From an uncultured Clostridia bacterium (GTDB lineage Bacteria > Bacillota > Clostridia > Oscillospirales > Acutalibacteraceae), in assembly GCA_945787805.1 (NCBI GenBank), contig CALZID010000004.1, forward strand, positions 7,712 to 71,711: a stretch of 64,000 nt of DNA, read 5' to 3'. Every line of letters begins with the position of its first letter. The first letter of the stretch is position 1. The notes beneath the pieces were generated by a model that saw only the letters and a list, made by a program, of their open reading frames with translations, did no database searches and was not told the origin of the DNA. A program made the translations under genes and the position numbers. Positions 8,880-20,418 of this stretch are shown here, one piece after another.

Positions 8880-10034
8880 ATGGCATATAATATTATTGAC
8901 TATTCTGTTTTAAATGCAAACAGAGGATTTGATGCGCTGCCTTTTTCAAAAGTTGACGGACTTATTCTTGCCCAGTTGATATACATTAGTTTTGACGGTG
9001 TTGTACCTTGTATTGCCGACGGCAGTGAAGGTGTGCGCTTGTCAGATCTTGCGGAAACGGAAAATTATGAAAAACTGTTTCCGCTTAAACGAACTGCCGA
9101 AAGAAATAAAAGACTGTTAAACGCAACTGCCTACAGTAAACGGTTCGGCAGTATGAAAGTCAATTACTATGAAAATATTTTTGACTATGAAAACGATACG
9201 CAGTTTGCCGCTGTAACATTTATATTGCCAAACGGCGATGTGTGTATTTCTTTTCGGGGTACAGACGCTACCATTACAGGCTGGAAAGAAAACTTTAATA
9301 TGCTTTATATGTCGCCTGTTGCGGCTCAGAAGCTTTCTGTAAAATATGTTGAAAAAGTGGCTGAAAAGACTGCGGGAGATATTATCCTTTTAGGTCATTC
9401 AAAGGGCGGCAATCTTGCGATTTATGCGGCAACCATGTGCAATAAAGCCACAAAAAAGAGAATTAAAGAAATTCAAAGCTTTGACAGCCCGGGATTTACT
9501 CAGGAATTTATAAATTCGGAAAAATATATTAAAACAGAACCAAAAATCAGTAAATATATTCCCGAAGAGTCAATGGTTGGCACACTGCTCAATAATAACA
9601 ATAATTATCATATTATTAAAAGTGACGGCACAGGCATATTTCAGCATGACCCGTTTATGTGGAAAGTCAAAAATAACGATTTTATACCGGGCGAAAAAAT
9701 CAAAAACGCCGCACAGTTTTTTGACGAAACCTTTAACGGCTGGGTTTACAGTACCGACCAACATCAAAGGGAATTGTTTATCCAAACAATGTTTGATATT
9801 ATTGAAGCTACAAATAAGCAGAATGCAAGGTGCTTTCCGGAGTGGAGCGAAAATCTCAAAGGCAACACAACGCTTGTGATTGATACAATCAAAGACCTTG
9901 ACCCCGAAACACGAAATATGATGCTTAAATGCTTCGGAAATGTTTTCTCAACCATTAACAGAAATGTTAAATCAACGCCTAAAAAGCTGTGGGCAGATAC
10001 AAAAAGAAAAATCAAAGTAAAAAACATACTTTGA
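8880..10034 (+). CDS. alpha/beta-hydrolase, DUF2974 (Mbeg1-like) family protein
   Basis: 384 aa with the nucleophile elbow LLGHSKGGNLAIYAA and overall DUF2974-like organisation. Function unknown. Confidence 0.7.
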   Translation: MAYNIIDYSVLNANRGFDALPFSKVDGLILAQLIYISFDGVVPCIADGSEGVRLSDLAETENYEKLFPLKRTAERNKRLLNATAYSKRFGSMKVNYYENIFDYENDTQFAAVTFILPNGDVCISFRGTDATITGWKENFNMLYMSPVAAQKLSVKYVEKVAEKTAGDIILLGHSKGGNLAIYAATMCNKATKKRIKEIQSFDSPGFTQEFINSEKYIKTEPKISKYIPEESMVGTLLNNNNNYHIIKSDGTGIFQHDPFMWKVKNNDFIPGEKIKNAAQFFDETFNGWVYSTDQHQRELFIQTMFDIIEATNKQNARCFPEWSENLKGNTTLVIDTIKDLDPETRNMMLKCFGNVFSTINRNVKSTPKKLWADTKRKIKVKNIL

Positions 10035-10131
10035 TTTGATATAATACTATTTATGAGAGGTGATAAAACAATCATAATTTATTGGCAGGTTTATCGGTTT
10101 AACTGTTCAAAACTAAATTAAGCCGAAATCA

Positions 10132-10173
10132 AGTCAGTTCGAAACCATCCTGACTTAAAATAAAACTACGGAG
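10132..10173 (+). promoter_or_regulatory. preQ1-I riboswitch (translational, overlaps the queT RBS)
   Basis: AGUCAG-UUCGAAACCAUC-CUGACU hairpin with a 12-nt loop. The A-rich tail UAAAAUAAAACUACGGAG resembles the B. subtilis queC element (AGAGG-UUCUAGCUACAC-CCUCU-AUAAAAAACUAAGG). It lies directly upstream of queT. Confidence 0.6.
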
Positions 10174-10181
10174 TGATAAAA

Positions 10182-10691
10182 ATGAATAAGAAAAAAACAG
10201 ATTTTATTGTGAAATCAGCTGTTATTGCTGCGGTTTATGCGGGACTTACCTACCTTTCGTCTATTTTCGGAATAGCCTACGGTCCCATTCAATTCAGACT
10301 CTCGGAAGCATTGACGATTTTGCCGGTGTTTACTCCTGCCGCCATACCCGGACTTACGGTAGGTTGCTTTTTAGGCAACATTACAAGTCCCTACGGCATT
10401 GTTGATGTTTTGTGCGGCACATTTGCAACACTTATTGCGGCAGTATTGTCATATTTCACACGCAAGATAAAATTCAAGGATATGCCGCTGCTTTCGGCAG
10501 TATTTCCCGTTATCGCCAACGCTGTAATTGTCGGGCTTGAAATTACTGTATTTATGCCCGAAGGATTTGCTTTACAGGCATTTTTAATCAATGCATTTCA
10601 AGTCGGTTTCGGTCAACTTGTAGTTTGTTACGGACTCGGCATACCGTTATATAAGGTAATTAAGAAGGCAAAACTTGATAAAAAGTTATAA
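10182..10691 (+). CDS. queT: queuosine-precursor transporter QueT (ECF S-component-like)
   Basis: Multi-TM protein with QueT-like sequence (FRLSEALTILPVFTPAAIPGL...). ATG at 10182 lies 8 nt after GGAG. The GTG at 10173 in the ORF track is less likely. Confidence 0.8.
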   Translation: MNKKKTDFIVKSAVIAAVYAGLTYLSSIFGIAYGPIQFRLSEALTILPVFTPAAIPGLTVGCFLGNITSPYGIVDVLCGTFATLIAAVLSYFTRKIKFKDMPLLSAVFPVIANAVIVGLEITVFMPEGFALQAFLINAFQVGFGQLVVCYGLGIPLYKVIKKAKLDKKL

Positions 10692-10729
10692 AAAAAGCGT
10701 GATAGCCGTTTGGTTATCACGCTTTTTTT
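10691..10729. terminator. bidirectional intrinsic terminator (queT / hemolysin-III gene)
   Basis: AAAAAAGCGTGATA-N9-TATCACGCTTTTTTT, flanked by A/T runs on both sides and sitting between convergent genes. Confidence 0.8.
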
Positions 10730-11396
10730 ACACGAAAACATACAGGTATAATCCAAGAAAATGAAGAAGTGCGCCAATTATTATGAAAATATGGAATACG
10801 GCGTGGAAGTATTTTTTCTTTGCACCGATACCGTATAGAATTGCTCCCAGAGTATATGCAACACCGCCTGCAATCATCAGGATTATCGCATTTCTGTTAA
10901 AATGATTCCACAATACAAACACGGTCATAAACATAGACCAGCCGATTACCATATATAAAACCATTCGTATTGCAGTTGTTTTGTTAAACAGTGTAAATGT
11001 CAATACAACAGAAGTTATTGCGGCAACCCAACAGGCAATCAGTAACGACCAGCCCATTATCGGATTTATCGGTGCAACCGCAACAACTGTATAGGGTGTT
11101 ATGGTGCCCACAATCATAAAGTTTATCATGGCGTGGTCAACGATACGCATAGCTTTTTTTCCGTTGTTGGGATTTAAGCCGTGATAAACCGACGAGCAGA
11201 CAAAAACTGCGAGCATTGTAATGCCGTAAACAAGACTTAATAAAAGGTAGTCGACCCTATGCAACTTAATTGCTCTGATAATGCACAATACGATTGCGGT
11301 GAGCGCAAAAACCGCACCGACTATATGGGTTATTGAATTCACCCAATCTTCTTTTCGTGAATAGTTCACGAGTTTAATTGAATCTAATCTGCTCAT
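10728..11396 (-). CDS. hemolysin III / PAQR family membrane protein
   Basis: 7-TM protein with SITHIVGA, HGLN and HxFxxxGxxxH-type motifs. ATG at 11396 is preceded by AGGTGA. The upstream 15-codon extension was rejected. Confidence 0.85.
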   Translation of the reverse strand: MSRLDSIKLVNYSRKEDWVNSITHIVGAVFALTAIVLCIIRAIKLHRVDYLLLSLVYGITMLAVFVCSSVYHGLNPNNGKKAMRIVDHAMINFMIVGTITPYTVVAVAPINPIMGWSLLIACWVAAITSVVLTFTLFNKTTAIRMVLYMVIGWSMFMTVFVLWNHFNRNAIILMIAGGVAYTLGAILYGIGAKKKYFHAVFHIFIIIGALLHFLGLYLYVFV

Positions 11397-11444
11397 AAAA
11401 TCACCTGAATATATATTACTACTATTCGCTTTAATTTGCAATAT

Positions 11445-11483
11445 ATAAATAAAGGGAATTGTAAAAAAACATTTACAATTCCC
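11445..11483 (-). terminator. intrinsic terminator after dnaJ
   Basis: GGGAATTGTAAA-N6-TTTACAATTCCC hairpin followed by TTTATTTAT on the minus strand. Confidence 0.6.
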
Positions 11484-11489
11484 ATAATC

Positions 11490-12638
11490 TTATTTTTTCT
11501 TTTTGCCGAAAAATCCTTTTTTCTCGTCACCCAAATTATCAACATTGAATTCAAGTGCCAATTGCTTTATAAGTTCTTCTTGTTTATCTGTAAGCTTCTT
11601 TGGAATATCGACGATAATTCTAACAAGCTGATCACCTTTACCGATTCCGCTGCGGCTGGGAATACCGCGGCCTCGAAGCTTGAACACATCCCCCGGTTGT
11701 GAGCCTGCCGGAATTGTGTATTCAACTGTTCCTTCAAGAGTCGGCACTTTGATTTTACAGCCCAAAGCCACTTGCATAAATGACACATGAGCGTCATACC
11801 AAACATTATAGCCGTCACGCTCAAAGAATGGGTGCGGACGAACATTGACAACAATGTTAAGGTCACCTGCGGGACCGCCGTTAACGCCCTTATTGCCCTG
11901 ACCGCGAACCGTAAGTATCTGACGGTCATCAACGCCTGCGGGAATATTGATATCAATCTTAACGCTCTTTCTGACTCTGCCTGCACCGTTACACTTTTTA
12001 CAGGGATTTTCAATAATTGTTCCCCTACCGTTACAACGGGTACAGGGTTTTGCAGACTGGATAACGCCGAACGGTGTTCTTTGCTGAACTGTCACCTGAC
12101 CGCGACCGTTACATTCGGGACAGGTTTTAGGTGAATGTCCGCTTTGGCAACCGCTTCCGTGACATTCGTCACAGGTTTCAATTCTCATTGCGTCAATACT
12201 GCGTGGGCAGCCCTTTGCTGCTTCTTCAAATGAAATTGTCACGCTTGCCTGAGTGTCACTGCCACGCTGAGGCGCATTGGGATTTGCTCTTCTGCCGCCG
12301 CCGAATCCGCCAAACCCGTTGCCGAATATTGAGCCAAAGATATCGCCTAAGTCGAAATCCATTCCCCCAAAGCCACCGCCGTAGTCGCCTTGGCCCGCAC
12401 CGTAGTTTGGGTCAACGCCGGCGTGACCGAACTGGTCATACCGTGCTTTTTTCTCGCTGTCGGAAAGAACTTCGTAAGCTTCGTTTGCTTCTTTAAACTT
12501 TTCTTCTGCTTCTTTATTATTAGGGTTTAAGTCCGGGTGATATTTTTTCGCAGCCTTTCGATAAGCCTTTTTTATCTCATCGTCGGATGCGGATTTATCA
12601 ACGCCCAACACCTCATAATAATCTCTTTTTTCTGCCAT
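11490..12638 (-). CDS. dnaJ: molecular chaperone DnaJ
   Basis: J domain (DYYEVLGV...HPD), a Gly-rich linker and four CxxCxGxG zinc-finger repeats. Confidence 0.97.
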   Translation of the reverse strand: MAEKRDYYEVLGVDKSASDDEIKKAYRKAAKKYHPDLNPNNKEAEEKFKEANEAYEVLSDSEKKARYDQFGHAGVDPNYGAGQGDYGGGFGGMDFDLGDIFGSIFGNGFGGFGGGRRANPNAPQRGSDTQASVTISFEEAAKGCPRSIDAMRIETCDECHGSGCQSGHSPKTCPECNGRGQVTVQQRTPFGVIQSAKPCTRCNGRGTIIENPCKKCNGAGRVRKSVKIDINIPAGVDDRQILTVRGQGNKGVNGGPAGDLNIVVNVRPHPFFERDGYNVWYDAHVSFMQVALGCKIKVPTLEGTVEYTIPAGSQPGDVFKLRGRGIPSRSGIGKGDQLVRIIVDIPKKLTDKQEELIKQLALEFNVDNLGDEKKGFFGKKKK

Positions 12639-12705
12639 AAGTATTCTCCAAATAATACGGATTCACGGACAGACTTTTAAAGTCTGCCCGTATTATTTTT
12701 AATAA

Positions 12706-14595
<1,890 letters not shown>

Positions 14596-14602
14596 TTACA
14601 GT

Positions 14603-15124
14603 TTAGTTGACTACTTTTACTACTGCCGGACGAATTATTCTGTCGCCCATTTTGTATCCTGTTGAGAATACATCTGAAATGCAGTTTTCGGGAAGAGAAT
14701 CATCTTCACCGTGCATTACTGCGTTATGAATGTTCGGGTCAAAGGTTTCACCCTTTTCACCAAATGATTCAACGCCCAACTTTTTGAAAGTTTCGCCGTA
14801 TTGATTGAATATCATTTCAATACCTTTTTTGAATGAATCAAGGTCGGTGGCTTCTGTGCTCATCGCTCTCATAAAATTATCGTATACGGGCAAAAACTCC
14901 GCTATTGTGTTAGCTTTTGTATCACCGTAAGCCGACTCTTTTTCTTTTTGTGAGCGTTTACGGAAATTATCATATTCTGCCATAACTCTCAAAAGTTTAT
15001 CTTTTGTTTCGTCAAGCTCTGCCGTGAGTTTTTCTTCTGCAGTCGGCTCTGTTTCTTCAACAATTTCTTCAACTGCTTCTTCAACTGTTTCTTCTGCCTG
15101 AAGATTTTCTTTGTTTTCAGCCAT
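14603..15124 (-). CDS. grpE: nucleotide exchange factor GrpE
   Basis: 173 aa with an acidic N-terminus and the YDNFRKR motif. Position is between hrcA and dnaK. Confidence 0.95.
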   Translation of the reverse strand: MAENKENLQAEETVEEAVEEIVEETEPTAEEKLTAELDETKDKLLRVMAEYDNFRKRSQKEKESAYGDTKANTIAEFLPVYDNFMRAMSTEATDLDSFKKGIEMIFNQYGETFKKLGVESFGEKGETFDPNIHNAVMHGEDDSLPENCISDVFSTGYKMGDRIIRPAVVKVVN

Positions 15125-15125
15125 T

Positions 15126-16154
15126 TTAATCCTCCAATGTGTCGGACATTATATTGCCGACGATTTCTGTTAAATATTTAAGGCTCGGAATAAGCCTTGC
15201 ATAATCTATTCTTGTTGGACCGATTAGCCCCAATGTGCCGCTGTCTTTTCCGCTAACGGAATAATGTGAAAAAATCACGCTTGAATCATGCAATTCACGG
15301 TGAAGATTTTCTTTACCGATAAGCACATTCGTTTCGCCCTGTGACTTATGATTTGAGAAAAGGTTTGTCAACGGTTCACCCCGTCTTAAAAACTCCATCA
15401 ATTCATAAGCGTTTGGATAATCGGAATAATTCAATAAGTTTGACTGACCTTCTAACAAAAGCTGTGTTTGTTCAGTCATTTGCGCCAAATCGGAAAGTGT
15501 TATAAGCAAGGGAGAAATTGCAAGTGATTTACTGCCCAGAGAAAGCGCCAAGGTTTGAATAAGAGCTATGCTCACTTCACTTGCGGATTTACCGATAAAG
15601 TGCTTTGCAACTATATTATAAAATGTTTCAATGAGTTCTAAATTAAGTTCACTGTCAGTTCTGCAAACTCGGCTTTTTAATATACCCGATGATGAAAGCA
15701 TAACCATCATTGCGGTATGAGTGCCGAGAGGTACCAACTCAACTCTGCGAATGACTGCATTTGTATCACTTGGAGTTGTTGAAACAACTGCACAATTTGT
15801 AATTTCCGCCAACACCTGACCGGCTTGTTCGAGTATTTGCTGTGGCTCGCCGCCTGCGTCTGCAAGTCTTGCTTCGATAAGTCTTTTTTCGTTAAGCGGC
15901 AATTCGTAACGGTTCATCAGCTTATCAACATAATAGCGGTAGCCCAACTGTGACGGCACACGCCCTGCCGATGTGTGGGGTTGGTCGAGAAAACCGAGTC
16001 GGGAAAGCTCTGCCATTTCGTTGCGAATTGTTGCCGAAGAAACGGGTATTGACGAAAACTCTAACAGAGTTTTTGAACCGACCGGCTCGCCCGTTGCAAT
16101 ATAGCGTTCAACTATCGCCGCAAGAATTCGTTCTTTTCTCTCGCTGAGTTGCAT
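15126..16154 (-). CDS. hrcA: heat-inducible transcription repressor HrcA
   Basis: Internal ATG at 16154 gives MQLSERKERILAAIVERYIATGEPVGSKTL, the conserved HrcA N-terminus. The extension to 16298 would run through CIRCE and the promoter, so it was rejected. Confidence 0.93.
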   Translation of the reverse strand: MQLSERKERILAAIVERYIATGEPVGSKTLLEFSSIPVSSATIRNEMAELSRLGFLDQPHTSAGRVPSQLGYRYYVDKLMNRYELPLNEKRLIEARLADAGGEPQQILEQAGQVLAEITNCAVVSTTPSDTNAVIRRVELVPLGTHTAMMVMLSSSGILKSRVCRTDSELNLELIETFYNIVAKHFIGKSASEVSIALIQTLALSLGSKSLAISPLLITLSDLAQMTEQTQLLLEGQSNLLNYSDYPNAYELMEFLRRGEPLTNLFSNHKSQGETNVLIGKENLHRELHDSSVIFSHYSVSGKDSGTLGLIGPTRIDYARLIPSLKYLTEIVGNIMSDTLED

Positions 16155-16177
16155 CTCGTCACCCCTTTTTGTTCGGT

Positions 16178-16204
16178 TTAGCACTCTCACATTTAGAGTG
16201 CTAA
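16178..16204 (-). promoter_or_regulatory. CIRCE operator (HrcA binding site)
   Basis: Perfect TTAGCACTC-N9-GAGTGCTAA inverted repeat between the promoter and the hrcA start. Confidence 0.95.
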
Positions 16205-16215
16205 CTCTATTAAAT

Positions 16216-16244
16216 AATATACATTCTTTTGCAAAAAATGTCAA
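16216..16244 (-). promoter_or_regulatory. sigma-A type promoter of hrcA-grpE-dnaK-dnaJ
   Basis: TTGACA-17 nt-TATATT on the minus strand, immediately upstream of CIRCE. Confidence 0.7.
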
Positions 16245-16291
16245 GGAAATATTTGTAAATAATTTGTTAATAACAGAAAAAATTAAATATA

Positions 16292-16320
16292 TTGACATTT
16301 ATATAAAATGAGTATAAAAT
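16292..16320 (+). promoter_or_regulatory. sigma-A type promoter of the thrS leader
   Basis: TTGACA-17 nt-TAAAAT. Confidence 0.65.
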
Positions 16321-16340
16321 ATATACATATTTATAAAGCT

Positions 16341-16590
16341 ATGAGAAAGAACGACGGATAATATGAATTTTCAGAGAGATTTCGGTCGGTGCAAGAAATC
16401 AGTTCAATATCCCGAGACCACTTTCGAGCGTCGGCGAAAACATATTGTATATGATTAAGCCGTACCGTATGACTGCGTTAAAGTCTTTTGAGTGGCAGAA
16501 TTTTATTCTGCAATGCGGGTGGAACCGTGGAATGTTGTTTTTTAGCATTTCATCCTGTAATTATAGGATGAAGTGCTTTTTCTTTTATAA
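16341..16590 (+). promoter_or_regulatory. T-box leader (Thr-specific) with terminator
   Basis: Stem I AGAGA and GGUGCAAG elements are present. The specifier is ACC followed by A (16417-16420). The T-box sequence is GCGGGUGGAACCGUGG (16515-16530). The terminator is AGCAUUUCAUCCU-N8-AGGAUGAAGUGCU plus a U-run (16544-16586). It lies upstream of thrS. Confidence 0.85.
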
Positions 16591-16613
16591 ACTAATCAAA
16601 GGAGAAATATATT

Positions 16614-18563
16614 ATGGTAAAAGTAACACTTAAAGGCGATGTTATCAAAGAATATGATAACGGTATTACTGTTGCGGAGATTGCTAAATCTATAGGTATG
16701 GGTTTATATAAATCTGCTTGCGGCGGTAAAATCAACGGAGTTTATTGTGATTTGAGAACCCCCATCAGTGAAGACTGTAATCTTGAAATCGTAACATTTG
16801 ATGAAACTGACGGTAAAAAGACATTTTGGCACACTGCTTCTCACATTATGGCTCAGGCAGTTAAAAGACTTTATCCCGACACAAAGCTTGCTATCGGTCC
16901 GTCGGTGGATAACGGATTTTATTATGATTTTGATTCAGATATTTCATTTACCCCTGATGTTCTTGAAAAAATCGAAGCGGAAATGAAAAAAATCGTCAAA
17001 GAAGATTTACCCCTTGAAAAATTTGAGCTCTCCCCTGCCGAAGCACTTTCTATAATGGAAGAAAAAGGCGAAATTTATAAGGTTGAGCTTATAAAAGAGC
17101 ACGCTGACAAGGGTGAGCCCATTTCATTCTACAAGCAGGGTGAATTCACAGAGCTTTGCGCAGGCCCGCATCTTATGTCAACAGGCGCGGTTAAAGCATT
17201 CAAGCTCACCTCCTGCACGGGCGCTTACTGGCGCGGCAATGAAAAGAACAAAATGCTTCAAAGAATTTATGCAACTGCATTTCCAAAGCAGTCTGCACTT
17301 GACGAGCATTTAGCACAGCTTGAAGAAGCTAAGAAGCGTGACCACAACAAGTTAGGAAGAGAGTTGGAGCTTTTCACAACAAGCGAGTTAATCGGTCAGG
17401 GACTTCCCATTATGCTTCCGAAGGGCGCAAGAATTATTCAGCTTCTTCAAAGATTTGTTGAAGATGAAGAGCAAAGACGGGGTTGGCTTTTAACAAAGAC
17501 TCCGTTTATGGCAAAGAGCGACCTTTATAAAGTTTCGGGACACTGGGACCACTATCTTGACGGTATGTTTGTGCTCGGTGACCCTGCCAAAGAAGATGAG
17601 GGCGAAGAGGTATTCGCACTTCGTCCTATGACTTGTCCGTTCCAATATCAGGCATATTTAAACCGTCCCCGTTCATACAGGGATTTACCTTTGAGATATA
17701 ACGAAACATCCACTCTTTTCCGTAACGAATCATCGGGTGAAATGCACGGTCTTATCCGTGTTCGTCAGTTCACAATTTCGGAAGGTCACCTTATGTGCAC
17801 CCCCGAACAGCTTGAAGAAGAATTCAAGGGCTGTCTTGAGCTTGCAAACTATATGCTTCAAACTCTCGGTCTCTATGAAGATGTTTCTTTCCGTTTCTCG
17901 CAATGGGACCCCAACAACAAAGAGAAGTATATCGGTACTCCCGAGCAGTGGGACGAAGCACAGGGTATTATGGGCAAAATTCTTGACCATCTCGGAATTA
18001 AATATACTGTCGGTATTGATGAAGCTGCATTCTACGGTCCTAAGCTTGACATTCAGATTAAAAATGTATTCGGCAAGGAAGACACACTTATTACAATTCA
18101 GGTTGACCAGTTGCTTGCAGAAAAATTTGGTATGGAATACACCGACAAAGACGGTACAAAGAAGCGCCCGTATATCATTCACAGAACTTCAATCGGTTGT
18201 TACGAGCGTACTCTTGCACTTCTTATTGAAAAATATGCAGGCGCATTCCCTCTTTGGCTCGCTCCCGAACAAGTCAGAATTCTTCCTATCGCCGACCGTC
18301 ACCATGACAAAGCATACGAAATCAAGAAAGAGCTTGAGAAAATGGGTATGCGTGTAACTGTTGACGACAGAAGCGAAAAAACAGGCTATAAAATTCGTGA
18401 ATCAAGACTTCAAAAGCTCCCCTATTGGATTATTGTGGGTGACAAAGAAGTTGAAGACGGCACGGTATCAGTAAGCAAACGGGGTCAAGGTGACATCGGT
18501 TCAATGACATTTGATGCTTTTGCAGATATGCTCAAAGAAGAAATCGACAACAAAGTCAGATAA
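16614..18563 (+). CDS. thrS: threonine--tRNA ligase
   Basis: 649 aa with an N-terminal TGS domain, the editing-domain motif HTASHIMAQA, class II core motifs and an anticodon-binding domain. Confidence 0.97.
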   Translation: MVKVTLKGDVIKEYDNGITVAEIAKSIGMGLYKSACGGKINGVYCDLRTPISEDCNLEIVTFDETDGKKTFWHTASHIMAQAVKRLYPDTKLAIGPSVDNGFYYDFDSDISFTPDVLEKIEAEMKKIVKEDLPLEKFELSPAEALSIMEEKGEIYKVELIKEHADKGEPISFYKQGEFTELCAGPHLMSTGAVKAFKLTSCTGAYWRGNEKNKMLQRIYATAFPKQSALDEHLAQLEEAKKRDHNKLGRELELFTTSELIGQGLPIMLPKGARIIQLLQRFVEDEEQRRGWLLTKTPFMAKSDLYKVSGHWDHYLDGMFVLGDPAKEDEGEEVFALRPMTCPFQYQAYLNRPRSYRDLPLRYNETSTLFRNESSGEMHGLIRVRQFTISEGHLMCTPEQLEEEFKGCLELANYMLQTLGLYEDVSFRFSQWDPNNKEKYIGTPEQWDEAQGIMGKILDHLGIKYTVGIDEAAFYGPKLDIQIKNVFGKEDTLITIQVDQLLAEKFGMEYTDKDGTKKRPYIIHRTSIGCYERTLALLIEKYAGAFPLWLAPEQVRILPIADRHHDKAYEIKKELEKMGMRVTVDDRSEKTGYKIRESRLQKLPYWIIVGDKEVEDGTVSVSKRGQGDIGSMTFDAFADMLKEEIDNKVR

Positions 18564-18574
18564 GGAGAGTCATT

Positions 18575-20194
18575 ATGCCTAATCCACTTACCGTGACGGT
18601 TATTACCGATACACATTATTATTCTAAAAAACTCGGCACAAGCGGTGAAGCATATAAAACCGCAAACAATAAAAGCGGCGTATTATTAGCGGAAGCCGCC
18701 GAATTGCTCGAAGCGGCATTTTCACAGATTGCAAAGGATACAAGAACCGATATTGTTCTTCTTTCAGGTGACACAACAAGCAACGGTGACTATGATTCTC
18801 ACAAAGAATTCATCGAAATGCTTCGTGACCTTAAATCAAAAGGCAAAAGAGTTTATGTTCTCACCGCTACCCACGACTATCAATGGGATGGTCTAACTCA
18901 TAAATATGATGGTGACGAAAGAATTTCAATTCCCGCCGCAAAGCGTGAAGAGCTTTATGATATGTATAAGGAATTCGGTCCTGATGAGGCCATTGCAGTT
19001 CACGAAGAAAGTATGTCATATATAGTTCAGTTGGCTGACGGATACCGTCTTTTTGCTCTCAATGACGATACAAATCGAAACGGCAAAAGCGGTTTTTCAG
19101 ATGAGTGCTTTGAATGGATAAAAGCACAGGCAGAAGACGCAAAGGCTAACGGTCAGTTCATTGTTGCAATGACTCACCACCCGCTAATTGCACCGTCACC
19201 TATGTATGAAATCATCGGCAAGGGCGATATGATGGGTGACTATGAAATTCGGCGTGAACAGCTTGCCGATATTGGTATTCAATTTATGCTCACAGGTCAT
19301 ACTCATGTACACGATATTGACAAGCACATAAGCCCCAAGGGCAACTATTTCTATGATATTTCGACTGCATCAACCATTGGATACCCTGCAACTATCAGAA
19401 CTGTTGTATTTGATGTTGACAACAATATGGTATCAACCACAACGGATTTGATTACGGAGCCTGTAAGCTTTGATACAAAAGGCAAGGATTTGCAGACCTA
19501 TCTTGCCGACCACCTTATCGGTATGATTAGAGATGTTATCAAGGCTGCCGGTGAAGACATTGATAAATTTGCCGATATGGCAACCGCAATCAGCATCAAG
19601 AAAAAGTTAAGCTACAAAATCGGTTGGATTTTAAAGCCTGTTTTCAAGTTTTTAAACTCTCTTAAAATCGGCACTGTGGGTAACTGGACAAAGGCTGAAA
19701 CAGGGCTTAAAAAAGAAGATTATGCCGATATAAAGGACAAGAGCGTAGTTGATTTTATTGTCGATTTAGTTCTTAATCTTTACGGCGGAAAGAGCCTTTA
19801 TACCCCCGACGACAATGAATATAAAATTGCTATCGGTCTGATAAACATTATTGACTCAATTATAAAGGTATTACATATACCCCTTAAAAAGTTGGTTAAG
19901 GTTTCTGACACTGTTCGCGGAATTATTGAGCCGTTACTCTATAACGGCGGTATTCCTTCATACGACGCACTTCTTCCCATTATGCCCGTATATGAAGGCG
20001 ATGAGCAAGGTCCTGTTCCCGAGCCGCCCGTTAAGCCCGACACAGTAAAGGACAGTAAAAAAGGATTACCGATTATAATCATCTTAATTCTTCTTTTACT
20101 CATATTCTTAATTCCTATAATTGTAATCGGCGTTCCCGCTTTTCTCATCGGTTATATTATCAATGAGATTAAATATAAGGAATATTTAAAATAA
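18575..20194 (+). CDS. calcineurin-like metallophosphoesterase with C-terminal membrane anchor
   Basis: Motifs DTHY, GDTTSNGD, ATHDY, MTHHP and GHTHVH. The C-terminal hydrophobic segment is LPIIIILILLLLIFLIPIIVIGVPAFLIGYII. It starts 11 nt after thrS with an AAGGAG RBS. Confidence 0.8.
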   Translation: MPNPLTVTVITDTHYYSKKLGTSGEAYKTANNKSGVLLAEAAELLEAAFSQIAKDTRTDIVLLSGDTTSNGDYDSHKEFIEMLRDLKSKGKRVYVLTATHDYQWDGLTHKYDGDERISIPAAKREELYDMYKEFGPDEAIAVHEESMSYIVQLADGYRLFALNDDTNRNGKSGFSDECFEWIKAQAEDAKANGQFIVAMTHHPLIAPSPMYEIIGKGDMMGDYEIRREQLADIGIQFMLTGHTHVHDIDKHISPKGNYFYDISTASTIGYPATIRTVVFDVDNNMVSTTTDLITEPVSFDTKGKDLQTYLADHLIGMIRDVIKAAGEDIDKFADMATAISIKKKLSYKIGWILKPVFKFLNSLKIGTVGNWTKAETGLKKEDYADIKDKSVVDFIVDLVLNLYGGKSLYTPDDNEYKIAIGLINIIDSIIKVLHIPLKKLVKVSDTVRGIIEPLLYNGGIPSYDALLPIMPVYEGDEQGPVPEPPVKPDTVKDSKKGLPIIIILILLLLIFLIPIIVIGVPAFLIGYIINEIKYKEYLK

Positions 20195-20203
20195 TACAAT
20201 ATG

Positions 20204-20236
20204 AACCGTTTGTAGTAATACAGACGGTTTTTTATT
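20204..20236 (+). terminator. intrinsic terminator
   Basis: AACCGTTTG-N8-CAGACGGTT followed by TTTTTATTT. Confidence 0.75.
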
Positions 20237-20418
20237 TGTGCAAAATATGGAATTTTAGGCTAATTTTTCTACTAATGAAACAAAAAAATCCGTCAAAAAT
20301 ACAAAAATTAACTAAACTTCGTACTTTTTCTTGATTTTTACTGATTTTTGTTGTATAATACTGTTATATATTGAGGGGGTTTACGCATTTTTTTACCCTG
20401 TTTAGGAGGTTCGTTAGT

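Noticed and set aside
16155-16298. N-terminal extensions offered by the ORF track for hrcA, rplK (2856-2936), rpmG (4064-4201), purC (50860-50943), pyrG (55880-55936), the GH95 gene (31480-31554) and others.
   Set aside because: The conserved family N-termini begin at internal ATG/TTG codons preceded by good Shine-Dalgarno sequences. The extensions would run through promoters, CIRCE, leaders or the preceding gene.
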